Positions 1 to 11,809 of a stretch of DNA of 64,000 bases are shown here, piece by piece (the stretch's first letter is position 1; each line of letters opens with the position of its first letter). Where the stretch lies: positions 99,884,001 to 99,948,000 of the forward strand of contig NW_024704742.1 of the NCBI RefSeq assembly GCF_018977255.1, given 5' to 3'. Origin of the DNA: Callorhinchus milii (taxonomy: Eukaryota). A program made the position numbers and the translations under genes. The notes below the pieces were generated by a model. The model was given only the letters and a program-made list of their open reading frames with translations, searched no databases and had not been told where the DNA came from.

Positions 1-308
1 GGTATACCATTGTCTCCCACTGACTGCTCCAAGTGATTGATGTGGTGTAGTCTCGCTAAGGTAGCTTTTAATTTGATCATTTCTTGTCCAAAGCGGGCAC
101 ATATGATGGCAATGAAGGAATTCCCATTTCAAATACTTTGCAAATAGAAAGCAATTCCTTAATGTCCACATTCAAGTGGATGCATTTGACTTTAGATTTA
201 GACATTACCAATTCCCCATGAATTCATACCAATCCCTCATTTTACTTTTAGATCAAAGAACATTTTGGCAATATTTTGGCAAGAACCAAGGCTTGTGATC
301 CCAGAGAT

Positions 309-542
309 TCTCTTTGACCGAGCCTTCAGCTCCCCTCTCGACTCTCTTCCCCCTCCTCGCTCCCTCCCTTCCCTCCCCTCACCCTGACCATTTCCCCCCT
401 CCTCGCTCCCTCCCTTCCCTCCCCTCACCCTGACCATTTCCCCCCTGCTCGGGTCATGACCCAACTGTGCAGCGCCTTGGGACGTCCTCCTGACGTGAAA
501 GGCGCTTTATAAATGGAATCTTGTTGTTGTTGTTGTTGTTGT
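309..542 (+). mobile_element. L2 LINE 3' fragment (ORF2 end, C/T-rich 3' UTR, terminal stem-loop, (TTG)n tail)
   Basis: Ends in cagcgccttgggacgtcctcctgacgtgaaaggcgctttataaatggaatc(ttg)n, matching the 3' end of the long L2 at 22647-26022; carries a 46-bp tandem duplication. Confidence 0.9.
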
Positions 543-805
543 GCGATGGGCTACTGCTGGAGTCTGACCAGCTAAAACCGCATAGCTTGTGTGGGAAACT
601 TATTGCTGCTTGTCCAGTTAGGACCAGCTAACGCATTAGGTCTTTGGCTTGCAGGGTTAACAGAAGCTGAGTGGGATGACCCCCTGACCCCCGGTGAACC
701 CCTGCTCTACAAATGAGCCAGGCTGGTTGATCCGTCATTAGCAATAGCACAGATTAAATGATTAATAAATCAGCGGTGGTTTGCCTCTACCTTTCACAGA
801 GATTA

Positions 806-1180
806 AAGAAGAAAGAAAGAAAGAACATTATTTTCATCCTTTATCACAAATGTCTCAATAAATTTTTATTTTAATTAATATTACGTATAGTCATTGTGTT
901 TTGTAGGCAGACGCAACAGATATTTTGAACATAGCCAGGTGCCGCCAAAAGCTTTTGAGTGAATTGTCAATTAATGTGAAGGATTGTTTCCGAGGCCATT
1001 GGTAGAAAATTTCCAAATAGTGTCACAGGATCATTAAAAATAATAATCTTTGCATTTGATATAACGCCTTATCACGTTTTGGAGAGGTCTCAAAGTGCTT
1101 CACGGGATATACTGTAAGTATCCTGTGGGCAAAACGCAGCGGTCAATTGTGCACACCGTGTCCGAAAAATAGCAGATGTG
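806..1180 (-). mobile_element. Adjacent decayed Deu-type SINE 3' fragments
   Basis: 1040-1180 (taataatctttgcatttgatataacgccttatcacg...gcggtcaattgtgcacaccgtgtcc) is the reverse complement of the SINE 3' half; 806-1030 is a more decayed match. Confidence 0.65.
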
Positions 1181-1194
1181 AAGCAGGCCTCAGT

Positions 1195-1435
1195 GTTCAC
1201 TGAGTGAAGGGAGCATGTGGTTTGTTATCGTTGGTCATAGAGTTAGGGTGGGTGAGGCTGTGGAGGGATTTGAAGGTGAGAATGAGGATGATTTGATCTG
1301 CTGGGGACAGAAAGCCAGGATAGAGGTGTTAAGCTCATGGAGCATGGTGCTGGAGAGGACATGAGCTCTCCATGTGGGACACTACCCAGCATAGAGGCCG
1401 CTATATAAGTGCAAGTTGTTGTTGTTGTTATTGTT
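1195..1435. mobile_element. Decayed L2 ORF2 C-terminal fragment (minus) followed by a short type-B L2 tail (plus)
   Basis: ggctgtggagggatttgaaggtgagaatgaggatg is antisense to ILILTFKSLH; gggacactacccagcatagaggccgctatataagtgcaag(ttg)n at ~1375-1435. Confidence 0.65.
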
Positions 1436-1479
1436 GGGCTACAGATTTCTGTATAGTCATATAATGATCATATTCCACA

Positions 1480-1830
1480 AAGGGCAGACATACTCCCTCA
1501 ATATCTATATCTGATTTTATAGCTATGCCTCCTTGTAATGGGTCCCTCTAATAAAAGGAAGAGTCATTCACTAGCTAACCTGTCAATTTCTTTCATTGTT
1601 TTTAATACATCAATCATCCTTTCACATGCTTTAAGCTCCTCTGCTCTTAGGAAAATAACTCCAGTCTACCCAACCTCTCATCATAACTGAGCCATTCAGC
1701 TGAAGTATTAATCTAATGAAAAGCCGCTGTACATCCTCCAAGCCTAGTGTATCCTTAAGACAGGATGTGTAAAACTGAATACAGTTCAGTACTCCATTTG
1801 AGGTTTAACCATGCTTTATTTAACTGGAAA
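1480..1830 (-). mobile_element. CR1 LINE ORF2 C-terminal fragment, decayed
   Basis: Minus strand reads like KPQMEY..IQF..LKDTLGLEDVQRLFIRLI..LSYDERLGRLELFS, the CR1 ORF2 C-terminal motif series. Confidence 0.75.
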
Positions 1831-2264
1831 AGAACGTCCTAAAAATACTTGTTAATGACTAATCCTATGCATGTTATGCATCTAGCAGCATAAAATACGC
1901 ACAGTGTGCATTTCCCTGAAAGACTTTGTGAGGGGAGTGTGAATAGCATTAGACAATCTCTATCAGTTTTTGTAACAGGTCATGCTCCATGTCATATTGT
2001 ATGGTAACTGATGGTTATGTTTGTTCTTGGCATCCTGTCACCTTCCTCATTGACATTCCCATTCTGCACCACCCTCCTATCTGCTGTTGGGTGGCACCTC
2101 CCTCATTAACAACTCAATCCTCTCTCACATTGCAAGACATGAACACGCTATGCTGATACACTGCAAAACCCGTTTTGTCAGGGGAAATTTGAAAAGTAAA
2201 TATTATGAGGGCAAAAGTATTCTTTGGTTGACGTGAATGGGTTCAATGTGTCAAGAGTCCCTCC

Positions 2265-2700
2265 GACTCATTCCCTCCCTCCCCTCTTGCACAAAACGTA
2301 TCTCCTTGACTGCGTTTTTAGTCACCTTTCCCCTCCCTAATGCCTTCGGCTCCCATTCCCAGCCCATCTAGTATTGTGAAGCGCTTTGAGGCATCCTCCT
2401 GACGTCAAAGGTACTATATAAATGTAAATTGTATTGGAAAACATTACCATAAAAAATAATCCTTGCATTTGATAGAGTGCCTTATCTGTCGTCACAATAT
2501 CTCAAAGCATTTCACAAGATTTACTGTAAAATGTAGTGACTGTGTACTTGTAGGCGACCACTACATCCAGTTTGCCCAGAGCAGTGTCCCACAACCATGA
2601 TCAAAAAAAGTGATCAGTTTTATTCGGGGGATCTTTGGCATGAAAACAAGGAGAAGCTTTCTCTCCGTTTTGAATAACTCTCTCTTTTCAATGTTGCACT
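2265..2700. mobile_element. L2 3' tail (plus, ~2265-2435) and Deu-type SINE 3' portion (minus, ~2455-2700)
   Basis: gaagcgctttgaggcatcctcctgacgtcaaaggtactatataaatgtaa, then ataatccttgcatttgatagagtgccttatc...cagagcagtgtcccaca. Confidence 0.7.
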
Positions 2701-3535
2701 CGGTATGCTCCGAATAACTTCAGCATTTTCTTTATGAGAATGAACACCACCTGCATCCAACATATGACCCAAGCATTCAACCCTCACTTGAAAAGTGTGC
2801 ACTTACCTTCCATTGCCTCAAGGATATAATGTTGGAATTGGGACACTTCCTCCGTCTTACTCCTGGAGATTAAACTGTCATCCAAGAAACTATTCAATCC
2901 ATTCCTCACAGCACCCGAACCATGGCTGACTGGAAGATGGCAGGTGCCACTGAAATTCCACAGAGTAACCTGGGATAGTTAAATAAATCTTTATGAGTAT
3001 TTATGGTGAGGAATTTTTACGACTCTTGAGCTAACTTCAGTGGGCTGGTGGGTCTGTGATAAATCTGGCTCGCTGTAAAACATACCACCTGCTCACACAG
3101 CAAAGAGGTCTTCTGAGCTGGGCAACAAGTATGATTGCACCTAACATACTGATTTACAGTCACTTTATCATTCTCACAAATTCTATTATTTGTATCAGCT
3201 TTCAGAACTGGGAGAATGCCTTTATTCCACTCAGTTTGATCCATGTGCAATCTGGGTTCCTTCTTGTAGTAAATGACTTGATTTCCCATGGTCTTGCTCA
3301 AGCAACAGAGGGATGGCTCTTGGATTGTGAAAAATGGTTCTTCCACTGAGTTCTGCTTCACAAACATCACACCATACTCAAAGGTTGTATTTGAGTAACC
3401 AACTGGGTAATTTTTTCTGGTCAGCTGGGTGTCTGACACGAGCAGAAACCTATCACCATACTTAAGAGTATCCAAACCAGACTGAAAATTCCATCATCCC
3501 ATCTACACATGGAAATTCCCACGTTTGGAATCACA
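2695..3535 (-). pseudogene. Ty3/Gypsy LTR-retrotransposon pol relic (protease end plus reverse transcriptase), many frameshifts and stops
   Basis: Minus-strand translation across frames gives EWNKGILPVLKADTNNRICENDKVTVN, PSSEDLFAV*AGGMFYSEPDLSQ, KFLTINTHKDLFNYPRLLCGISVAPAIFQSAM, FLDD and TFQVRVECLGHMLDAGGVH, collinear with canonical Gypsy RT motifs. Confidence 0.9.
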
Positions 3536-3597
3536 CAATTGAACTCCCAGCTTGCATTCGATTGCCGGCTAGTCGGATAGCAGCTTTACTGGTATCC

Positions 3598-3655
3598 GAG
3601 CGCTTTGGGACGTCCTCCCGATGCGAAAGGCGCTCTATAAATGTAATTTTGTTTT
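3598..3655 (+). mobile_element. Isolated L2 3' terminal stem-loop and tail
   Basis: gagcgctttgggacgtcctcccgatgcgaaaggcgctctataaatgtaattttgtt. Confidence 0.8.
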
Positions 3656-6600
3656 TTACGGTATGTGCAATATGAATGCACTCGTGGCATAGAATGAGCT
3701 TTGTGCAAACTATATAACTATACCAGAGGCATGAAGTAATGGATACAAATTCAACCTTTCCTTTGTTTTGTTCTTGATCTTAGTCACACTGTATTGTGAG
3801 AAGAGTAGAGGCCAGGTAGGAAAATACAAGGGAGCATCACCTTGAGTCATTCTCATACACCTTCGAGCGCCTGTTCAGAGAAGGTGTTTGACAGGCAGCC
3901 AAATATTGGAATAAATATTGAAAAAAAATTGGAGAGTTCCCAACCTTCTGGTGTGAGAATTGGTGTGAGAGAACAAAGAGGACTTAAGATTTCATCTCTG
4001 GAAGGAAAGGGTGTTGGAGCAGATGCTGTGTATGACCTGAAGAAATGGGGCAAACTAGACTGGCAGAGTAGTGGTTGAGCTTTTCTCATGTTCTTATGCA
4101 TGGCGGGTGCTTTCAGGTGCATGTCCGTGTGGGAAAAGTGACATAAACAGCACCTTTGCATGTCTAACTCAAGGGCTTTGTGTTAAACCAAGGAAATTTC
4201 AACTCCTCTCTTTTGAACTCTGTGGCCATGCTGTGTAAATTATGCTACTGTCAGGACATAATAAATATCCAGCAGTGCAGACAGTTGCAGTGCAGCAGAC
4301 ATCTGGAACACATTGTAAGTTAAAAATAAAATCCAACTGAATGAAAACAGATCCTGCTGGAAGAAGCTTGATGATGCTTTTCTTAACCTCTCGAGCCAGA
4401 TTGTAATGATTAGTGAACTGGGTGACACAGATTAGCCATTCTTTGATTGCGAGCTCTACATTTTTAATAACGTACTGTACAAATAACTTGTTAGTAATGC
4501 ATTTTTTAAGGCTCCCACACAGTACTCAGCACTTTTTGGAAATAATCCAGGGATGTATTTTATTGCTTCTGGCCATATGCTTCCTTTAAAATAACAGGAG
4601 AATTAATTATTTTTTGTAACAAACAAAAAAAACTCCTCTCCCCATTTAAAAAAATTAAAGGATGCCCCCACTCCCTCCCTCCCCACTTTATTCGGGTCAT
4701 TTACAGCACATCCAGCTCCACGCCCCCCAAAAAACACTCCCTTTTCTCAGTCAGTGAGACTGCAATCTACCCTCTTCTTGTTCAGTAAACACAATATAAT
4801 TACTGCCATATCTTTAAAATATTAATGTGTCGGATGCCTCTAAAACCCTTCTAAAGCACAAGGCCTATTACTGCACTTAAAAGGAAAGCAATTTAATAAA
4901 TTGTTGCCGCATAAAAAGCAACTCAGCTGGCACAGACAAATCCCCCGAGGGTTCTCGCGAGCCCTAATCTTCAGTGGCAGCAACCCTAGCTAAAGAGAAA
5001 TGATGACTCTGGTGCTGAGTGGAAGTGCATTTACACTAACTACTGTGAAATAAGCTGTTGTAGTATCATTAGGATTTGAAGTGTAGTTGAATCTGCGAAC
5101 ATCATCTTCAATCTGCTACAACAAAAAATTTTGATCTTAAAGAGACAGCGTACCCTCTTGTCAGCCTGTCACGGCTGAAAGGTGGAGCTGTCAGAAAATT
5201 CTAACCCACTCGTCACACTTCTGCAGCCTTCCCCAATATTATTATAGAGCCTTTTTTAAAAAAAAGAAATATGACTCATAAGAAGATGTCAGACAATTGC
5301 AGCAGCACATTTGTCATTGCTTTGAAAGGAAAGACATTAAAAACACTATATCCGAACGCTGACAAGATTTAAAGAGCTTTCTGTAGCTTTGGTTACAACA
5401 ATCCTGTCTACATTGCAGCTGAGCCTAATCTTAGCCCTCCTCTAGCTGAATACTGTAATAGGAAATGTTTTACTGTACACCACAACTAGCATAAATGCTG
5501 TAATTAGCACTTCATAGTTAGAAAGGGGAAGAGATATTAAGAGTATTGAACTGGGACTTCTAAAATGATTGTAATCTTGGTGAATGATCTTTAGTGTTAG
5601 ATTCCCTCATGTACCATTAGATTGCGATAATCTTCATATACTGCTCTTAATTGATTATGATATCAACTCTACATATCAAAGATGTACAATTATGTTCTGG
5701 TCTGCTAGGCTGATAGAGTGTCTGAACGCTAGTCTGTGTGATATCCAAGATATCTTTGCTGCAATGGCAACTGACAATTGCTTAAATGCAGTCCAGCAAT
5801 AATAGATGTTACCTCTGGAATGATTTGTGAGGTATTCGAACACTCGATATTGTGCAAAGTGAAATGAGTTGGCAAGTAAATGGAAATTATGAAATAACCC
5901 TGTCAAAGGTTTGTAAGTCTTTCTAAACCTACTGAGACTCGGTGGATTTTGAAGAAAGTACTGATGTCTGGTTTTGAGCTCCCAACTTGATCTGACATTT
6001 GTGAACCTCTGCCTCAGCTTTCTTAACTAAGACAATCATTGCTGTTTCTCTCCATCAGCAGAACAAAGCTACAGACAATCACCCATTCAGATATTTAAAA
6101 CCATCAATAAAACAATAGAATGTCCTGATTAAATGAGCATTCACTGGCTTTCACAACAGAATGCTGACACCTTTATGTTGATATAATCCCAATTCTTGTA
6201 GATTAGATTTGTCAGCCACTATGCACTATGTTTGTTGTCATTTGGCAGGCTAGTAAATTAAATAATGTGGTTTATTATCAAAACAAAATCATCAAACATC
6301 TGCAAGACAGGGCTGAAACATGATCAGACATCGCCACACCCAACAGCAAAGAATCGCAAGGCGCTTATTAGGCAGCAATTTAGTCTTACGCAAACGAAAG
6401 ATTGCAGGATTATAAAGGACTATTATATTTGGTTGTTTGACACCTCATAAAATTGTTCCCTTCTCTGAATTCTTTTCTGGACTCGTCATTGTATAAACAC
6501 ATCACATTTTCCGCCAGTTGCATCTGCTGTGCGCTGTTAGCTGTCGCTGATGTGCCAGCCTTTTTCAGAAAGCAATTTGTGAAATAAAATGGCATTTACC

Positions 6601-8809
6601 CACACAGGCAGGCAGAACAGTTGTAATTTTACAGCAAGGCAAAATTAAGCAAACAGGATATGATAATAAGTGTTTCAATCAATAACAGAGAACAACATAC
6701 TGTATTATGTCAACTAGAGAAAAGCAATTTTTCATAACGAGTCTGAGAAACCTGCATTGCTTGCACCTAAAATGCCACCTGTGTAGTCAGATGGTGTGAC
6801 ACTTTATTTAGCACCATATTAATTTGTGGGTCTAGAATCACACCAAAGCAATTTACATTCTTCACTTTAATAAAAATGTTTTTATAATATGGATCAGTTC
6901 CAGTTGCTAGTTTATGTCACGTTGACTCCAAACTCACTGTGGCTATATAGGAAGATGACATTAGCTTGCGTACAGTATGTCTGAAATAACTATCACAATA
7001 GTAGGACTATAATAGTACTTGGCTGGGTTTGTTCCTAAACTGTACGTGACATTTATATTATTTTCCAGCTGCAGTAACTGCTGTCATTGCAATCGATCTC
7101 ATCCCCAGGGGAGATATTGTGTGATGTAACCAAGTGACTTTTCCCGGCCAAGCTATCAGCACGCAAACACCCCTCACTTCAGATTTAGCCTCAAGCAGAC
7201 TTGTGACCTGTGCTGTGAAGCAGAAATTATTCTGCATGGAATTAGAGGGAAAAAAAACAGGCTGTGGATGGTTTATTTCACAATTGTTCTAAAATCAAAG
7301 GTAATGGAGCAGGGCCACAAGTGAATTACTGCCAGATGTATTAATTTTATTCAAAAAAATATAAACAATGAGCACTTTTGTAGTGGAAAGGCTGATTTTA
7401 ATATACCCTATCATCCATTTAAACAAGTCTACCCAATCACCAGGCAACAACATACTGTATATGAACATAAGGAGTGTTATCAACAAGAGCATCAATCAGT
7501 ACTTATTTACAGGCTGTAAAATGTACTCAGCCGAGTGCTGAGGAATAGGCTCCTTCCGGATTAAAATAGTTTATTCTAGAGTGTGTTAAAGAGAAGGAAT
7601 TTGAGACCATTTAGTCTTCTTTGCTATTCAGATCTTGAGACTAGTCGATGCATGGAACATGCTGAGGCAAATCCCCTGGGATTCATTTTACAAGATCATC
7701 ATTACACCACGCAAAGCCTTGTGATTGCTTGTGATTTATTGCTGCTCGGCAAAACAATATAGCAGCAGCGTGTGTATAGTTTCCTTTTAAAATAATATAC
7801 GCGTGTCTTGTTATTGCTGTTTGTGCGAGGTTTAAAATTAGCATTTAGATAAAAGCGATGAAGGTTCAAAAGGCACCCATTCAATTCCATTTTCAGGCAG
7901 CACTTACACTGAAAACATCACAAAAAATACGCTGATTTCAAGATAAACAATTCACAGCAAGAAACGTGTATGAAATCTAAACGTTGTAAGTGTTTAAGAT
8001 GAGTTAAGAGTTTCATGTTCCACAATAATCTTCAAAAGCACAGCCTTCAAGGTATAAAGAATGCTGCACGCATCAGCCAATTCTGAATGAACACTGCAAA
8101 ATGCACTGGGCCAGATCATGCATAATTTATTAAAATACCATATGAGCTATTATGCACCGAAGTGAATTGTAAAAAGCATGTGCTACTGTACATTAAAAAT
8201 GAAATTCATTCTTCTCCATGAGATGGAGCTGGTTTGTGCTGTTCATCTCCCCCTGACAGCAAGCAATAAAATGTGGCCGTGTCATACTCTTTCAGTCGGT
8301 TGCTCTGAAAGATGCATAGCCTTGTTCTTATCAGGAAAAGTGGGGATGATTCATGTACGAATATAAAAGAATAATGGCTATTCCGTGTTATGGAAGTTTA
8401 TCTGGGGAGATTCTCTTCCTGCAACTAGCTACTATTTCATTCCTCGGTTTTGACAGCAGCTGGAATACAAGTCCTGTATGTTGTTGTATGACATTTAGCA
8501 GCATTAGATATTGTGTATTACTTGCATTTCAAGGTCATTAAGCATTAGATCTCTGAGTAAAAAATAATGAAACTTCATTCAAATGATAAAGTTATCATTC
8601 ATTTTAAGATGGTTTAACCCAATAATCAAAGCATTCAAAGCCCTGTGGTCTGCAGGGTACAGAAAAAAAGCTTTTGCCTAAAGTTTAAAATATCTTTCTA
8701 ACACAAATAGAATTGATAAAATTTTTCACTAATGAGGGCTATTTACGTGTCATGGATATTGCAATACACTTAGCAACTTTGCTTTAAATATCTGTGTGTT
8801 TCTTTGTAA

Positions 8810-9275
8810 CTGCACATGCTTCTCTTCTTGCCCCCTCACCGTCACATGTGGTTATCCTCAGGTCTCTATCCTCGGTGACCTCCTCTTTAATATTTACATG
8901 CTACTACGCAGTGACATCATCCACAGGCATAGGGTTAATTTCCTCATAAAAGCAGATGACACCCAGCTCTGTATCTCTGCCTCCACTCTCAGTACCAGGA
9001 TCACTGCTGTTCTGTTGGACATCAAGACCTGGATGAAAGCTAACTTTCTCCCACTGAATTAGACAGATGCTCTCCTGCTTGGCTCCTGTCATTGCCTTCT
9101 CACCTGAGGCGCTGACAGCATCAATCTACACGGATGCTCATTCCACCTCAGGGAGCCAGTATGGAATCTCGGTGTCTTGTTTGACTCTCAAGTGTCCTCT
9201 AAACCCTCAACTGTCCAACGCCTTGAGATGTCCTTCCGATGTGAAACACACTACATAAATACAATTTGTTGTTGT
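8810..9275 (+). mobile_element. L2 RT fragment joined to the 3' tail by a large internal deletion
   Basis: ORF 8796-9062 reads TCGYPQVSILGDLLFNIYML...KADDTQL; tail ccaacgccttgagatgtccttccgatgtgaaacacactacataaatacaatttgttg. Confidence 0.85.
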
Positions 9276-10023
9276 TTGTTTGGGGGAGGGGGAAGGGAGG
9301 GATTAAGCACTTATATGATAAAGATAGAAATCTAGCTGGAGGAACCACCATTTGGGATTTCTAAATGTTACAAAGAATTACATGGCATGGAAATCAGCCA
9401 ATCAGCCCAGATAATCTGTGCCAGATGCTCAGTGAGAGTATCTAAGCAACAAAAAAATCATGTTTCCTTTTTCTTAAGCAAAGTGCTGTGTCGTCCAATG
9501 TAGGGAGATGTGTACTTTAGAGTGTGAGTATGCAGAGGGTGGGTGGGAAGGTACTTGTTTGAGTCTGATTTACTTCAATGTCATTTCTTCTGGGAAATAA
9601 AGAGTTTATTGTGGGTCAAACCACCCAATTCTGAATCTGTTCTTTAAAGGGCAGTAGGATTTTTAAAAAAAAACATCTGCTAACTTGACTTCCAGCACAA
9701 TCACAGATTCTTTATATTCACCGCTTTAGTCTACTGACAGCATTACTGACAAAGCAGTGAGCTTACTTTCGTTTATTTCTTTTGAACAAATAAGTTCCAC
9801 TCGAGTCATGAGTAACCATAGCTTTATTGACTAAACACGTTTACTGTTTCTCCCTTATAAATTTCTGGAAGATGTCAGTTTAGAAAAAGTATAATCCTTG
9901 CATTTGATATTGTTTGCTCTGGGACACTACCCTGCGTGAGGGACGCTATATACATGTAAGTTGTTGCCTTATATATATGTACACAACACGTTTGCGTTTT
10001 TAACACTTGTGGTTTGCATTACT

Positions 10024-10394
10024 GGTGTCCTGTAGCTCAGTGGTTAGAGCACTCACCTCTAGACCTGGGTTTAATTCCTAGCAGGGCGAAATGTTGGGCA
10101 AGTTTCCTTACTCCACACGCCTCTGTATTCCTAGCAGTGAGTAGGAACCCAGTTGTTAGTCGATTGGCTAAAAATTATTCTGGGGGTATTAATTCCTTCA
10201 AAAAAATAATAATAATGAATTGGTCACTTCAATACACGACTGTTTGTGGGCACTGCTGTGCGCAATTGGTTGCCACGTTTTGCCCACAAACTATACAGTC
10301 AATTCACTTTACAGTATATTCTGTGAAGCGCTTTGAGATGTCTCAAAGACGTGATAAAGCTCTATATCAAATGCAAGGATTATTATTATTATTA
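10024..10394 (+). mobile_element. Young tRNA-derived Deu-type SINE, full-length form
   Basis: Pol III A box (tagctcagtggttagagc), B-box-like ggtttaattcc, Deu-like core ctgtttgtgggcactgctgtgcgcaattggttgccacg, L2-type stem-loop and (TTA)n tail. Confidence 0.9.
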
Positions 10395-11333
10395 CATACT
10401 CCCGGACCACATATAGCCCAGGGCAGCACCCGCTCTCTATTGTTTTGGCTTAGTCCCTTTACATCCATTGTCATTCTTGACTATGCTCTTTCCTCTGATT
10501 TCCAGTGAACTCGCCATCTATTCCATTTTGATGGTGCGTCCAGGAAGCTTGGTTTCTTCTTTCAGAAGAAGAACTTTATTTTGTTTAACTCTCTATAAAT
10601 CACAAGTCTGATCTAGATTTAAATCCTGCTCCTATATATGGAACAGCATCTATCATGTATTTCCACACAGAATACAAGAGAAGTCATGTCAATATATGAT
10701 GCTATCTCCACTTCTAGCCTTCAACCTTTATTTCTTCATCAAAACCTTTCTTGTCTTCTTCTAAATTATCATCTGAATTTTCTTATCTTGTTCCTCCCAT
10801 GATCCAAATAAACCTATTGTATGCTCTTGTTCCTCACTGCTGTCTAAATTGAGCACATAGCAAAAGGATTAATAATTTCCTTTCACCTTCAATTCAAGTT
10901 TTGTATCACTGGAATACATACTGGAAATGTGCTTGGCTCAGATATGGGATCACTAAGTTCGTGACAGAGTTTGCTCAGCTCCGTTTCCCCCTTTACTCAT
11001 CTTGTCACCAATGAGCCAGCACAACCTAAAGATTTCTGACTCATCTTTTTTCTTTCGTTTTATAAGAAGATTGTCATAAAATGGCTATCAGTTGACCGAC
11101 AAATGTGAGTTTCAGTTCTTGCAAATTGGAAAATTAATACCATGAACATTTTCTAAGCGTCTTTGTGTGTTATGAAATCCCTTTTGTAAACATAATGCCC
11201 AAACACCATATTGCCAATATTATTTCTCATGTCCATTCAAAGTTGGCTAAGATTGAGAAAAAGGTGTGGAAGACACACAGGAGTGACTTCAGTGCTGACT
11301 GGACAAAAGGTACAGGCAATGGGAGGTACCTGT

Positions 11334-11770
11334 GGAGTCCTGTAGCATAGTGATTAGAACACTCGCCTTGCAAGCGAGAGGACCCGGGTTCGATTCGTGG
11401 GCACGGCAAAATGTTGGGCATGTTTCCTTACTCCACACGCCTCTGTTTACCTGGTAGTAAATGAGAATCCAGTTGTTGGTTGATTGATGGATCACATTTC
11501 CGGGGTAATATTACGTTGTTGAGATGTCTCAAAGCGCTTCGCAGAATACACTGTAAATTATTTATTTGTTTTGTTTTGTTTTGAAAACAAATAAATAATA
11601 ATGTGGTCGCTAAATCCACGACTTCTTGTGGAACACTGCTGTGCACAATAGGCTGCCACGTTTTGCCCACAAGGTTTGCAGTCAATCCCCTTTACAGTGT
11701 ATTCTGCGAAACGCTTTGAGACATCTCAACAACGAAATAAAGCACAATATCACATGCAAGGATTTTTATA
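11334..11770 (+). mobile_element. Young tRNA-derived SINE with an internal inverted copy of its own tail
   Basis: Head ggagtcctgtagcatagtgattagaacactcgccttgcaagcgagaggacccgggttcgattc (TGC at the anticodon position); 11509-11557 is the reverse complement of 11691-11739. Confidence 0.9.
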
Positions 11771-11809
11771 TATTTATAAAGTCTTCCCAGATAGCTCATC
11801 ATATAAAGC

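Noticed and set aside
4256..4315. Possible 60-nt plus-strand exon (DIINIQQCRQLQCSRHLEHI) before gtaagt
   Set aside because: Acceptor lacks a pyrimidine tract and the peptide is unrecognised.
10014..10508. 164-aa ORF
   Set aside because: Read-through of a SINE copy; no protein motif.
11334..11410. tRNA-like cloverleaf with TGC anticodon (also 10024, 19304, 20754, 34435, 42623, 45491)
   Set aside because: Each runs directly into the same SINE body and carries disruptive substitutions; these are SINE heads, not tRNA genes.
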